This document shows positions 48,287-58,346 of a stretch of 64,000 bases of DNA, piece after piece (position 1 is the stretch's first letter; every line of letters begins with the position of its first letter). The notes below the pieces were generated by a model. It worked only from the letters and a program-made list of their open reading frames with translations, searched no databases and was not told the DNA's origin. A program made the position numbers and the translations under genes. The stretch is from the NCBI GenBank assembly GCA_002753335.1, contig PEAD01000012.1, positions 1-64,000 of the forward strand, given 5' to 3'. Source of the stretch: Nitrospirae bacterium MYbin3 (lineage in GTDB: Bacteria; Nitrospirota; Thermodesulfovibrionia; Thermodesulfovibrionales; Dissulfurispiraceae).

Positions 48287-49273
48287 TTAACCTTTTCCAT
48301 CATAATATTCCGCCCTGTTCCTTCCTTTTTCCTTTGCTTTGTAAAGAGCCTTGTCAGCTTCGTTGATAAGCTTTTCTGTTGATGACTCCATTGTCGGGAC
48401 AACGGATGAGACCCCCAAGCTTAAGCTCACCAGACCGTATGAAGACTTGTCATGAGGAATACTCAGGGAAAAAATATTTTGACGCATCTTCTCTGCAAGC
48501 TGCATTCCGCCCTCTTTGCCTGTGTCTTGCAGCACAACGATAAACTCTTCTCCCCCATATCGCGCTACCAGATCTCCCGGTCTATGAACCGCAGCCTTTA
48601 AAACAGCCGCAACCTTTTTGATTACTTCATCTCCGGCCTGATGCCCATGTGTGTCGTTATAGAGTTTAAAATGGTCGATGTCAGCCATGATTATTGACAG
48701 AGAGGCCTCATTCCTGACTGCACGGCGCCATTCTTCATAAAGGTAATGGTCAAGGAAGCGTCTGTTTGCGATATTTGTAAGGCTGTCGATGGCAGATAAA
48801 GTCTGCAGCATTTTGTTTGCGGTTTCGAGCTGCTGCATCGTCTCAAGCAGCTCTTTTTCGCGGGCTTTTCTCTGGTCCATTTCGTGCTTCAATCTCAGTG
48901 CGGAACTGACTCTCGCCAGGAGTTCTTCTTTTTTAAAAGGTTTTTTGATATAGTCCATAGCTCCAACTGCAAAGGAGTTCTGTAGATCCTGAACTGTTTC
49001 GTTGGCCGTGAGCATGATTATCGGGATATCTTTAAAAGCCTCGTGATTCTTAATTGTCATTGTAAGCTCGATGCCGTTAATTCCGGGCATCATGATATCC
49101 ATTAGTATCAGTTCTATATCATTGTTAGGACTCAGATTCTCAGATAATCCGACAAAAGTCATTGCTTCTTCAGCAGAGCTGCAGCTAACTAAATCCTTAT
49201 AGCCTGCGTTCTTCAGGAAGGTTTCTGTAATATTAATAATATCTCTGGAGTCGTCTATAATCAGAATACTCAT
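48287..49273 (-). CDS. REC-GGDEF diguanylate cyclase
   Basis: LMDIMMP receiver; RPGD I-site and GGEEF. Confidence 0.92.
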   Translation of the reverse strand: MSILIIDDSRDIINITETFLKNAGYKDLVSCSSAEEAMTFVGLSENLSPNNDIELILMDIMMPGINGIELTMTIKNHEAFKDIPIIMLTANETVQDLQNSFAVGAMDYIKKPFKKEELLARVSSALRLKHEMDQRKAREKELLETMQQLETANKMLQTLSAIDSLTNIANRRFLDHYLYEEWRRAVRNEASLSIIMADIDHFKLYNDTHGHQAGDEVIKKVAAVLKAAVHRPGDLVARYGGEEFIVVLQDTGKEGGMQLAEKMRQNIFSLSIPHDKSSYGLVSLSLGVSSVVPTMESSTEKLINEADKALYKAKEKGRNRAEYYDGKG

Positions 49274-52200
49274 AGGTTTCCGTGCCTTGCTATCGCCTCA
49301 AACAGCGTCGCTTTTTTTATAGGTTTTGTGAGATGCCCGTCGCATCCGGCCACCATGCTTTTCTGCTCATCTTCTTTCATTGCGTGTGCCGTAAGTGCAA
49401 TAATAGGCGTCCTTTTTTTGTTGTCCTTAAGTTCTATTTCACGAATATGCCTTGTGGCATCATACCCATCCATCACCGGCATTTGTACATCCATTAAAAT
49501 AATATCATACTTGCCTGCCCTGAATTTTTCTACCGCGATCTCCCCATTTTCTGCCGTTTCGACAGTATGCACCGTCTTTTTCAGATACGAAAGCATGAGG
49601 AGGCGGTTGTCCTCATTGTCCTCGACAAGCAGTATGTTCAAGGCTTTTTCTCCGCTTTTTTGACTGGAGGAGGAAGAAACCGCTTCAGCTTTTTTTGAGG
49701 ATATTTTTTCTGCTTTACCGACTTCAAACTGCGCTGTGAAAAGGAATGTGCTGCCTTTGCCGATTTCGCTCTCCACCCATATTTTGCCGCCCATAAGTTC
49801 GACCAGTTTTTTTGAAATGGCAAGGCCGAGGCCTGTGCCGCCGTATTTTCTGGTTGTTGACGAATCGGCCTGCGTGAATTTATCGAATATGATGCTCGCT
49901 TTTTCGGGTGGAATTCCGATTCCGGTATCCTTCACAGAGAAGCGCAGTTCTACTATTTCAGAGCCTTGAGAGGTATTAACCGAACTCAGTTTTTCAACAC
50001 CGATCACAATCTCACCCTGCTCGGTGAATTTTATTGAATTGCCTACAAGATTTATAAGAATCTGCATCAGGCGATGAGGGTCTCCGATTAGGTCGGTAGG
50101 AACATCATTAAGCAGTGTACAGCCTATACGGATGCCTTTTGCAACCGCCTTTACCGACATGAGTTCACATAATGTCTTAAGAATAGAGTTAAGGTCTAGT
50201 TGTGTATTCTCAAGGACTATAAGGTCCGCTTCCACCTTGGACAGGTCCAGTATGTCATTTATTAGGCCGAGAAGATTTTCACCAGCATTACGCGATATGT
50301 CAACATACTTGCGCTGCTCCGCATTCAATTCAGACTCCAGCAGAAGGTCGGCCATGCCGATTATTGCATTCATGGGCGTCCTTATTTCATGGCTCATAGA
50401 GGCCAGAAAATCGCTTTTAGCCTTGTTTGCTTGCTCCGCCTCCTCTTTTGCTTTTTGCAATGCCTCTTCGTATTGCTTGCGCTCTGTTATATCACGGATG
50501 ATTCCGGTGAAAATGCGGCGATTGGTCAGAAATACCTCGCTTACTGATAGCTCTATCGGGAAGGTTGTTCCATCTTTGCTTTTACCGACCACTTCACGCC
50601 CGACACCGATAATGCGCTTATTGCCTGTAGTGAGATAGTTTTTCATGTAATTGTTGTGATTGCTGTGGAAGGGTTCCGGCATAAGCATCTTGATGTTCTT
50701 TCCGATTACTTCAAGCGCGTCATAGCCGAATATTTTTTCGGCAGAAGCATTAAAGCTTTCAATTAGCCCGTCTTCATTTATGGTGATAATTGCATCCACT
50801 GTATTGTTCAGAACAGTGCTCAGCCTGCGTTCTCGTTCCTGCAGCATCAATTGGCCCAGTTTCTGCTCTGTTATATCCATCCCTATGCCGAGAAATCCTC
50901 TGACATTTGCTTTCTCATCAAAAAGGGAAGTAACCGAAAGCCGCACCTTGAATTTGCTGCCGTCTTTCCTAATATAAGTCCATTCGTTTTCATCCGGAAC
51001 TCCATGTCGGGCCTTTGCCACTAAGACCTCAAACCCCGGTTTTATTTCAACGCCCAATTCTGCTGAAAGTTCTTTTGCCCTTGCAGTCACTTCTTCAGGG
51101 GCATGGATAATTGCCGGGGTTAACTTATTTACTACTTCCTCAGACCTATAGCCAAGCATATTCTCAGCAGCACGGTTGAAAGTCAATATTGTGCCTTCAG
51201 AGTCTGTGGATATAATCGTAAAGTTTGCGCTGTCCAGAATGGTTTTTATAAGCTCATTGCTCTCCCTGAGTTCTGATGTTCTTTCTTTTACGATTTTTTC
51301 AGTTCTTCTCTGTTGGCCTGATAGGGCTAGCAGAAAAGAACTCAGAAGTCCGCTAAAAAAAAGTCCTCCGGCCAGCAGGCTCCAAGATTGCAATGACTTT
51401 GTTCTAATGATATATTCTTCGGAAGGCCAGAAACGGATGCTCCAACCCCTATCGGCAACCCTTATGTGCTCTAAATGCCAGGTTTTTGAAGGTGAAGGCT
51501 CTTTTGTGTTTGTGACGGTATTGTTTGAGTAGAGAAATTTGTCTGTGCCCTCTGTATCATCATCATAGATGCTTAAATTTATTTCCTTAATTTTGAGATT
51601 ATCAAGAGAGTGTTGAATCATTTTTTCGATTATCAAAGCGCCTGTTATGTATCCTTTGAATATCGTATTAGGTTTTTTAATATCTGCGTCGATTGAATTG
51701 TGGATAAAAAGCGGGGTCATGAATAGAAAACCGTAGCGTTTTTTATCATCCTGAACCAGTTCAATTCTTTCGGTCGCAACAATATTGTTTGTGTCGTGTG
51801 CTTTTTTAAGAGCAGCTAAGCGCTTGGGGTTTGACGCGAGATCGAAGCCGAAGGCTTTCTCATTGCCTTTGTATGGTTCAAGATAATCTCAAGGGACATA
51901 GGCGGAACGTTTTGAGGCCGGAACGAGTTTGCCGCTATGGTCTCTCTCTGCTATAAAAAATGAAGGGTAACCGTCGCGCCTTGCCGTAGCTTCATATTTT
52001 AATCTTTCGGAATTTGGAACATTTGGCGCCCATGAAAGGACCTGGACTCCTTTATGTTTCGACAAAGACTCCTCTGTAAAAATTTTAAACATCTTTCTGT
52101 CAATATTTCCGGAACTTCTGAAGAAACTCGCAATCGATCTTATTATGTCCTCATGTATATGAACGTCGGTCTGAATTGATAAAGCCATTATTTTGGCTTG

Positions 52201-52887
52201 GGCATTAAATTCTGCTCTGATTCTGTCTTCTTCTTCTTTGCTTGCATAAATATATGAAAAAATCGAAAGCATAAGTGTTATAAGAAGAGGCAGTGCAACA
52301 GATATTTTTCTTTTCCTCCAAGTTTCTGCTGGTTCGGCGAACCATATAAACATCAGGGGAGTGGCTATAATAACTCCGATTACATCACCCACCCACCAAG
52401 TCAGCCAGTTGATGAGAAGTCCTGTTTTGGTCATGACCCCGGCCGATATAAGTGTCGATGTTCCTATGGTAGCGCTCGAGATGCAGGCTATTGGGGCGCC
52501 AAGAATGAAAAACTTGGCTATTGTTTTTCCATCTTCCAGAGCATTCGGAAAGCCTACAAAACGTTTTATCAGAAACGCTCCGAAAAGGGCCTGAATTGCT
52601 GCGCCGCTTCCGATGCCTGATGATACAAGCAGTGATTTTAAAATGGTCTGAGAGCTTGATGTATCAAAAGAAAGTGAGAGGTTTATAAGAAAAGAGCCAA
52701 GCCAGACAGCAGGCCAGAGGCGGTAGCCATAAAGCAATAGACCGGCGAGGGCGACTCCAGATGCCGGGAAAATAGCGGTAGCATAACCGGGCGGCACGGC
52801 AAGAAGCAGGCCTAAACGCCCCGATAGAAAGTAGGCTGCTGCAAACCCTATAATTTTCATAACGGAACTATTTATACCGATGGGCAT
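49270..52887 (-). pseudogene. MASE1-CHASE-PAS-PAS-HisKA-HATPase-REC hybrid kinase interrupted by one in-frame TGA at 51889-51891
   Basis: Track ORFs 51889..52887 and 49270..51720 share a frame; the gap reads [26 protein letters not shown]...LVQ...GFLFMTP, an intact CHASE core. Confidence 0.82.
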
Positions 52888-52900
52888 AGTTGAAGAAATA

Positions 52901-53278
52901 TTATTTTTTTACCACTCCGCTGATTTTGTTGCCGATAATCTCTGCAGTGAACGGTTTGATAATATAGTCGGTTACCCCTAATTTCATGGCATTGAGAATG
53001 TATTCCTTTTCATTATGTGCGGTGACCATAATGAAAGGTATATCCTTAATGCCATCCTGTTCTTTCATCCATTTGAGTATTTCATCGCCATTCATTTCGG
53101 GCATCTCCCAATCGCACAGCACAACGTCGTATGTATTTACTTGGATCTTGCTTAGAGCATCCTTTCCGGAGCTTACCAAATCCATCTCGATATCAGGAAA
53201 GGACATTTTTAGAAACGATTTTATGAGCAGCCTCATTTCTGCCACATCGTCAATTACAAGAACCTTAAGCTTTTTCAT
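52901..53278 (-). CDS. Single-domain CheY-like response regulator
   Basis: VIDD, CDWEMP, FIMVTA, IIKPF. Confidence 0.9.
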   Translation of the reverse strand: MKKLKVLVIDDVAEMRLLIKSFLKMSFPDIEMDLVSSGKDALSKIQVNTYDVVLCDWEMPEMNGDEILKWMKEQDGIKDIPFIMVTAHNEKEYILNAMKLGVTDYIIKPFTAEIIGNKISGVVKK

Positions 53279-53281
53279 ATT

Positions 53282-54985
53282 TTACAACTCCTCTTCAACA
53301 ACGGTTACCCTGTCCAGTTCTTCAACTGTTGTTAGACCACGCAGGACTTTTTTCATGCCGTCGTATCTTAGGGTTGTGTAGCCGGTTTTCTTTGCGCGCT
53401 CTTGTATTTCGAGGATGGATGCGCCTTTTGAAACAAGCTTTCTTATTTCGCTGTTCATGATGAAAATTTCGTGTATAGGGATGCGGCCTGAATATCCTGT
53501 TCCATTGCACTGCTCGCAACCCTTACCCCGATAGAAAACTACTTCGGTTTTGCCGTCGGAGATGAAGTAATCTTCGACCTCTTCAGGCGACAGGTTGTAT
53601 GGCTCTTTGCAGTTGTCGCATATTTTACGCACAAGCCTCTGTGCCATTACCCCTATAATTGAAGGAGCAACAAGAAACGGCTCCACTCCTATCTCCATTA
53701 GTCTTGTTACCGCTTGAAGCGAATTGTTGGTGTGCATGGTGGTAAGCACCAGATGTCCGGTAAGCGCCGCCTGTGAAGCGATCTTGGCCGTTTCTGCATC
53801 CCTGATTTCTCCCACGAGAATAATGTCAGGGTCCTGCCTGAGGAATGAGCGCAGGGCAGAGCCAAAGTCGAGATTGATGGTATGGTTTACCTGCACCTGA
53901 TTGACACCTGTAAGCCTGTACTCTACGGGGTCTTCTATGGTCATGATGTTGATTCCCGGTTTGTTGAGTGACTTCAGTACCGCATAAAGTGTAGTTGTTT
54001 TGCCCGAACCGGTTGGTCCGGTAACGAAAAAAACACCGTTTGGCGAGTCGATTATTCTATTGAGAGTTTTCATAACGGTAGTCGAAAAGTTCATCTCTGA
54101 AAGGTCAGGCACCTCTTTCTTCTTTATCTGACCGAGCACTCTTAATACAATTTTTTCACCATATATTGTAGGTACGCTCGAAAACCTGAAATCTGCTGAA
54201 TGGGTGGTCAATTCAAGGCTGACTCTGCCGTCCTGAGGCTTTCTCTTTTCGGTTATATCCAGTTTTGCGATTATCTTAAGTCGTGAAACAAGTGGAGCAA
54301 GAAGCCGCGAATCCAGTTTAAGCCTTTCTTGCAGGACACCGTCTATTCTAAACCGTATCTTGACCTTCTCCTCTTCAGGTTCGATATGGATGTCGCTTGC
54401 CCGCTCTTTCATCGCAAGCAAAAGCATATTTCTTACGAATTCAACCACCGCCTGATCCCCGGCAAGTTTTTTGAGCTGCTCCTCGGTTATAGTTGAAGTG
54501 CCTTTGAACAGGGCGCTTTCGGCAATTCGGTTTACCAGCTCGCTCAGGCCGCTGTCCGATTGGTAATTGATATCGATGGCATCTTTTATTTCGTCAGAGA
54601 AAGAAAACACAGGACTTACAGGACAGCCTGCCAAACGCTCCGCCTCTTTAAGCGCTAATGTATTAGTCGGGTTTGCGACAGCTATTGTAAGGGCATCACC
54701 GAGTTTGTAGAGCGGAAGCATAACATTGTTGCGCGCAAAATTTTCGGGGATTTTTTTTATCGCATCCGGCTTTATAAGTGTCTTTGCGATAGGGACGTAA
54801 GCTATGCCCAAGGAGTCCCCCCACATTTTGCCCAGCAAATCTCTTTTAGCTACACTTCCTTTGGCAAGGTAAGACAGGATGGCGCCGGCATTGCCGCCGA
54901 ATTTTTCATTGAGTCTTTCGGAATCCTCCTGAGTCAGTATATTTTCATCTATGAGCGCTTTTATGAAAGATGGATTCTTAAGCAT
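53282..54985 (-). CDS. PilB/GspE-family traffic ATPase with a degenerate MshEN-like N-terminus
   Basis: ASDIHIEP, GPTGSGKTT, TIEDPVEY, LRQDPD, GHLVLTTMH, CDNC/CEQC zinc motif; likely start ATG 54985. Confidence 0.92.
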   Translation of the reverse strand: MLKNPSFIKALIDENILTQEDSERLNEKFGGNAGAILSYLAKGSVAKRDLLGKMWGDSLGIAYVPIAKTLIKPDAIKKIPENFARNNVMLPLYKLGDALTIAVANPTNTLALKEAERLAGCPVSPVFSFSDEIKDAIDINYQSDSGLSELVNRIAESALFKGTSTITEEQLKKLAGDQAVVEFVRNMLLLAMKERASDIHIEPEEEKVKIRFRIDGVLQERLKLDSRLLAPLVSRLKIIAKLDITEKRKPQDGRVSLELTTHSADFRFSSVPTIYGEKIVLRVLGQIKKKEVPDLSEMNFSTTVMKTLNRIIDSPNGVFFVTGPTGSGKTTTLYAVLKSLNKPGINIMTIEDPVEYRLTGVNQVQVNHTINLDFGSALRSFLRQDPDIILVGEIRDAETAKIASQAALTGHLVLTTMHTNNSLQAVTRLMEIGVEPFLVAPSIIGVMAQRLVRKICDNCKEPYNLSPEEVEDYFISDGKTEVVFYRGKGCEQCNGTGYSGRIPIHEIFIMNSEIRKLVSKGASILEIQERAKKTGYTTLRYDGMKKVLRGLTTVEELDRVTVVEEEL

Positions 54986-55127
54986 CTTTCTTAACCTTGG
55001 CTTTTTGCCTTGCCTGCACAAGTTTTTTAATGTCATCCTGAGTCAGTTTTTTTGTTTTGGCTCTTTCTGCTTCCTCGTCTTCTTTTATCTCAGCAAGCAG
55101 TTTTTTTAGGTCCAGTCTCTCGTTCAT
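54978..55127 (-). CDS. Unannotated 49-aa helical protein
   Basis: MNERLDLKKLLAEIKEDEEAERAKTKKLTQDDIKKLVQARQKAKVKKDA; GGAGG SD, ATGA overlap with the upstream REC gene and 8-nt overlap with the ATPase start. Confidence 0.75.
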   Translation of the reverse strand: MNERLDLKKLLAEIKEDEEAERAKTKKLTQDDIKKLVQARQKAKVKKDA

Positions 55128-55519
55128 TGCAAGCCTCCCAGGCAACCCAGCCAGGATTCTTCTATGAGTTTCTTCATCTCTGCTAGAGGTGTATCTTTTC
55201 TTATGTAATTGGATGCACCGTCCTCAAGGCATTTTTCGACTATGCTGAGATCGGAGACGGATGTGAGCATAATAACAAGCGCATCAGGAAATTCAGCTAC
55301 TATCTCCTTAAGCGCTTCTGTCCCTGTCTTCAACGGCATATTTATATCCATTAGAAGCATGTCTGGTTTTTCTTTTCCAAACAACTCGATAGCTTCAATT
55401 CCATTTTTAGCCTCACCTACAACAGTGTAATTCATCATGGTGAGGGCTTTTTTCAAAAGCAGTCTTATGTGAGGCTCGTCATCAGCAAGGAGAACCCTTG
55501 GAATCCGTATTTCTGTCAT
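55124..55519 (-). CDS. Single-domain response regulator
   Basis: LADD, LMDINMP, MLTS, YIRKD; ATGA overlap with the kinase stop. Confidence 0.9.
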   Translation of the reverse strand: MTEIRIPRVLLADDEPHIRLLLKKALTMMNYTVVGEAKNGIEAIELFGKEKPDMLLMDINMPLKTGTEALKEIVAEFPDALVIMLTSVSDLSIVEKCLEDGASNYIRKDTPLAEMKKLIEESWLGCLGGLQ

Positions 55520-56397
55520 TTTAGACCTCCTGTTGGTAGTGAGAAGCAGAATCGTGCACCTTTGCTGGCATTGCTTTCCACCCATATTCTTCCTTCATGA
55601 GCATCTATTATCTTTTTGACTATTGAAAGTCCGAGTCCAGTGCTTTTTTCTCCGCCTGTGGGCCGAGCGCTTAACTTCTGAAACTCACCGAACAGTTTGC
55701 CTTTGTCATCATCAGAAAGCCCCGGCCCTTGATCAGAAACAGATGCTATGGATTCGCCTTTTTCTGAATCATATAAAGCCTCGACCCTGACAGTTGATCC
55801 TGCGGGCGAAAATTTAATGGCATTCCCTATAAGGTTGTCAACCACCTGATTGATACGGCTTTCGTCAAAGGCCAAGTCAGGCAGATTGGGGATGGATGCA
55901 TCTATGACGATATTTTTCTTGCCTGCGGTCATAGAACATATTTTTATGCGCTCCTCAATAACTTTTTTCAGTGAGCCGATTTTCTTTTTCAGGTCGAGCT
56001 TGCCGCTCTCTATGACAGAAACATCGAGAAGTTCATTTACAAGCGAGAGCATCTGGTCGCTTGTTGAATTTATCATTGCGATTATTTCCTTCTGGTCATC
56101 AGTCAGATTTTCGTTATCCATAATCAGCACTTCACTCAACCCGCGTATCGCCGAAAGCGGGTTTCTCAGGTCGTGGGCTGCAATGCCGAGAAATTTGTTT
56201 TTCAACTGGTTGAGCTCCGCAAGCTGTCTTTCAGCTACCGAGTAGCTAAGGACAAGAGTTCTCAGGAGCTTCTTTTTAATTTCCTCGTCCTGTTCCTTTG
56301 CCCTGCGCTCCATTACCTCTCTTATAAGCAGAGTTGTACCTGATGTCCGTGCATTATCTTCTATAATTGAGCGCAGCAGTAGTTGGTCAGTTCCCAT
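55516..56397 (-). CDS. Cytoplasmic histidine kinase without a recognisable sensor domain
   Basis: AAHDLRNPL, NLIGNAIKF, DQGPG, STGLGL; no TM segment. Confidence 0.9.
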   Translation of the reverse strand: MGTDQLLLRSIIEDNARTSGTTLLIREVMERRAKEQDEEIKKKLLRTLVLSYSVAERQLAELNQLKNKFLGIAAHDLRNPLSAIRGLSEVLIMDNENLTDDQKEIIAMINSTSDQMLSLVNELLDVSVIESGKLDLKKKIGSLKKVIEERIKICSMTAGKKNIVIDASIPNLPDLAFDESRINQVVDNLIGNAIKFSPAGSTVRVEALYDSEKGESIASVSDQGPGLSDDDKGKLFGEFQKLSARPTGGEKSTGLGLSIVKKIIDAHEGRIWVESNASKGARFCFSLPTGGLK

Positions 56398-57271
56398 TTT
56401 CTACCGCCATCTTTTTCAGACATGTCAAATCGCCGAGTTCACAGACTTTTATGTCTTCGATAATACTGTCAATGCCAACCGCTTCAAGATTTAAAAGCTT
56501 TTCGCAGATCAAAAGTATGTCCTCTTTTCTGCTTATGATGCTGCCGTGCTGGGGAGCGACAAGAGTGAACTTGTTTTCAGCTATCCGCTCTATGGCGTAT
56601 CTAAGTATCAACCCTGATGGCATCAGTTTTTGGTGAAAGTTGAGGATATCGTGAATAGGGCAGTCACTTTTTCCCTTGCTGCAGGTTTTATAATCGGTGC
56701 AGGTGCGGCAATCCTCTTCCAGCTTAAGAAACAGCTCCCACTGCCTGCTGTAACTGCCGAACAGATCGCTGCTGAAAAGGACTCCGGTTTGTTCATCAAG
56801 TGTGACAAAGCTTCCTGTGGAATGTGCGTAAGGTGTTTTTATAAAACGCAAAGTTCTTCCTGAGGAGAATTTGTATGAGTATCCCATCTCATCTATGGAC
56901 ATCATATCTGAGGTGACATAGTAATGTCTGATAAAAACATTGTTCGTTTTTTCTGAAATAATTTTTAGCTCTTTGGAACCTATGATGTCTTCAAAATTAG
57001 ATAAACTGCCGCATAGGTCAGGATCATAGTGCTGATATATGAGGGCCTTGATAGAATCCGGATTAAGGCCTGTCTGGAGTATTTTCATCATCACGGTCGG
57101 AAAGTCTGGGCGGCTTCCGCCGTCTATCACCATCGCCTCATCGCCGTCCACTATCAGGTACGGATTGCAGTGCAGGCCGGATTCTTTATCAAAAAAGCCG
57201 ACCCAATAAACGCCTTCCGCAATCTTAACAGGACGGTTGTAATCCAGATTTAAATTTGCGATATCGTTCAT
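56387..57271 (-). CDS. ODP-like (oxygen-binding di-iron) MBL-fold protein with a Cys-rich insert
   Basis: CNPYLI, QHYDPDLCG, TPYAHSTG, FSSDLFG, APQHG; no flavodoxin domain; insert CRTCTDYKTCSKGKSDCP. Confidence 0.75.
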   Translation of the reverse strand: MNDIANLNLDYNRPVKIAEGVYWVGFFDKESGLHCNPYLIVDGDEAMVIDGGSRPDFPTVMMKILQTGLNPDSIKALIYQHYDPDLCGSLSNFEDIIGSKELKIISEKTNNVFIRHYYVTSDMMSIDEMGYSYKFSSGRTLRFIKTPYAHSTGSFVTLDEQTGVLFSSDLFGSYSRQWELFLKLEEDCRTCTDYKTCSKGKSDCPIHDILNFHQKLMPSGLILRYAIERIAENKFTLVAPQHGSIISRKEDILLICEKLLNLEAVGIDSIIEDIKVCELGDLTCLKKMAVENGN

Positions 57272-57454
57272 AGATTTGCGCCACCTTTTTATTAAGAATT
57301 TAAACTGCTATTCTGATAATATTATCAGGCAATGCTCATATAGTCAATTGTTTTTAATTGTTTTTTTCTGCAGGTAATTTTGAACGAATAAAGAAAAACT
57401 ATTATGATATAATTAGAGCTATAGTTGATTGCGTATAAACGGGGGAGTTTTAAA

Positions 57455-57850
57455 ATGGGGAAAATTAAAATATTGGTAGTTGATGATGAAAGCACAATAC
57501 GCGAAATTATTAAAGATATGATAACCTCTAATTTGCGTAAGTCATTGCCCGAGATTACCGTTGAAAGCGCAAGCACCGGAGCAGAAGCGATCAAGGATTT
57601 GAAGAATAACAAATACGACCTTCTTTTATGCGATTGGCAACTTTCGGATATGACAGGAGATAAGGTAATAGAGTGCTTGAAGGCTTCGACAGAATTGAAT
57701 CAGACCCCATTTATAATGATCACCGCTTACACCGATAAAGAAATTATCGCCAAGTCGTTAAAGCTCGGGGCGGCAGGATTTATAGTAAAGCCTTTTAATG
57801 CCAAGACTTTAACGGATAAAATAACTCATGCCCTGAAGGCGAGGGCATAA
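57455..57850 (+). CDS. Single-domain CheY-like response regulator
   Basis: VVDD, CDWQLS, FIMITA, IVKPF. Confidence 0.88.
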   Translation: MGKIKILVVDDESTIREIIKDMITSNLRKSLPEITVESASTGAEAIKDLKNNKYDLLLCDWQLSDMTGDKVIECLKASTELNQTPFIMITAYTDKEIIAKSLKLGAAGFIVKPFNAKTLTDKITHALKARA

Positions 57851-57897
57851 ATTCCACCCTAATGTTGGTGGGAACTTTTATATAACAGGAGGATATT

Positions 57898-58287
57898 ATG
57901 TCAGACTTTACCATCAACTCAGGCGCCGCGTTGCCCGGCAATGTTTATACACCACAAAACGACCCCACAAAGGCGGTTAATCGGCCTGCTGTTGCTCAGA
58001 ACACCGGTGTTGTTGCAAAAGATATCGGGACGGTTGTCCTTTCTGTTGAAAAGAGCGAGGCAAAGGCTAAAGAAAAAGAAACTCAGGCCCAGACTCAGGA
58101 AAAGCAGGACTCAATAGAAACAACAAAAAGAGTTCATTTTTCTTATGACCAAGAAAGCGGTGAATCGATCGTCAAGTTTATCGATGATAATGGCAAGATT
58201 GTTCTTCAGGTGCCGTCCGAAGAATACCTTAGGATACGAAGCATGATGAGCAAAGACGCTGAACCGCTTATCAGTAAAAAAGCTTAG
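57898..58287 (+). CDS. FlaG-family protein
   Basis: VHFSYDQESGESIVKFID...IVLQVPSEE...ISKKA. Confidence 0.72.
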   Translation: MSDFTINSGAALPGNVYTPQNDPTKAVNRPAVAQNTGVVAKDIGTVVLSVEKSEAKAKEKETQAQTQEKQDSIETTKRVHFSYDQESGESIVKFIDDNGKIVLQVPSEEYLRIRSMMSKDAEPLISKKA

Positions 58288-58346
58288 AAGCTAATATAAG
58301 TCAACTGATTAAGAGAAGCAGGCATCCGATATGCCGGAAGCAAAGC

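Noticed and set aside
51840..51891. Selenocysteine recoding of the in-frame TGA
   Set aside because: The position is not a Cys site in CHASE domains, and the downstream hairpin (AAGCC-UUC-GGCUU) is weak, distant and lacks the loop G of bacterial SECIS elements
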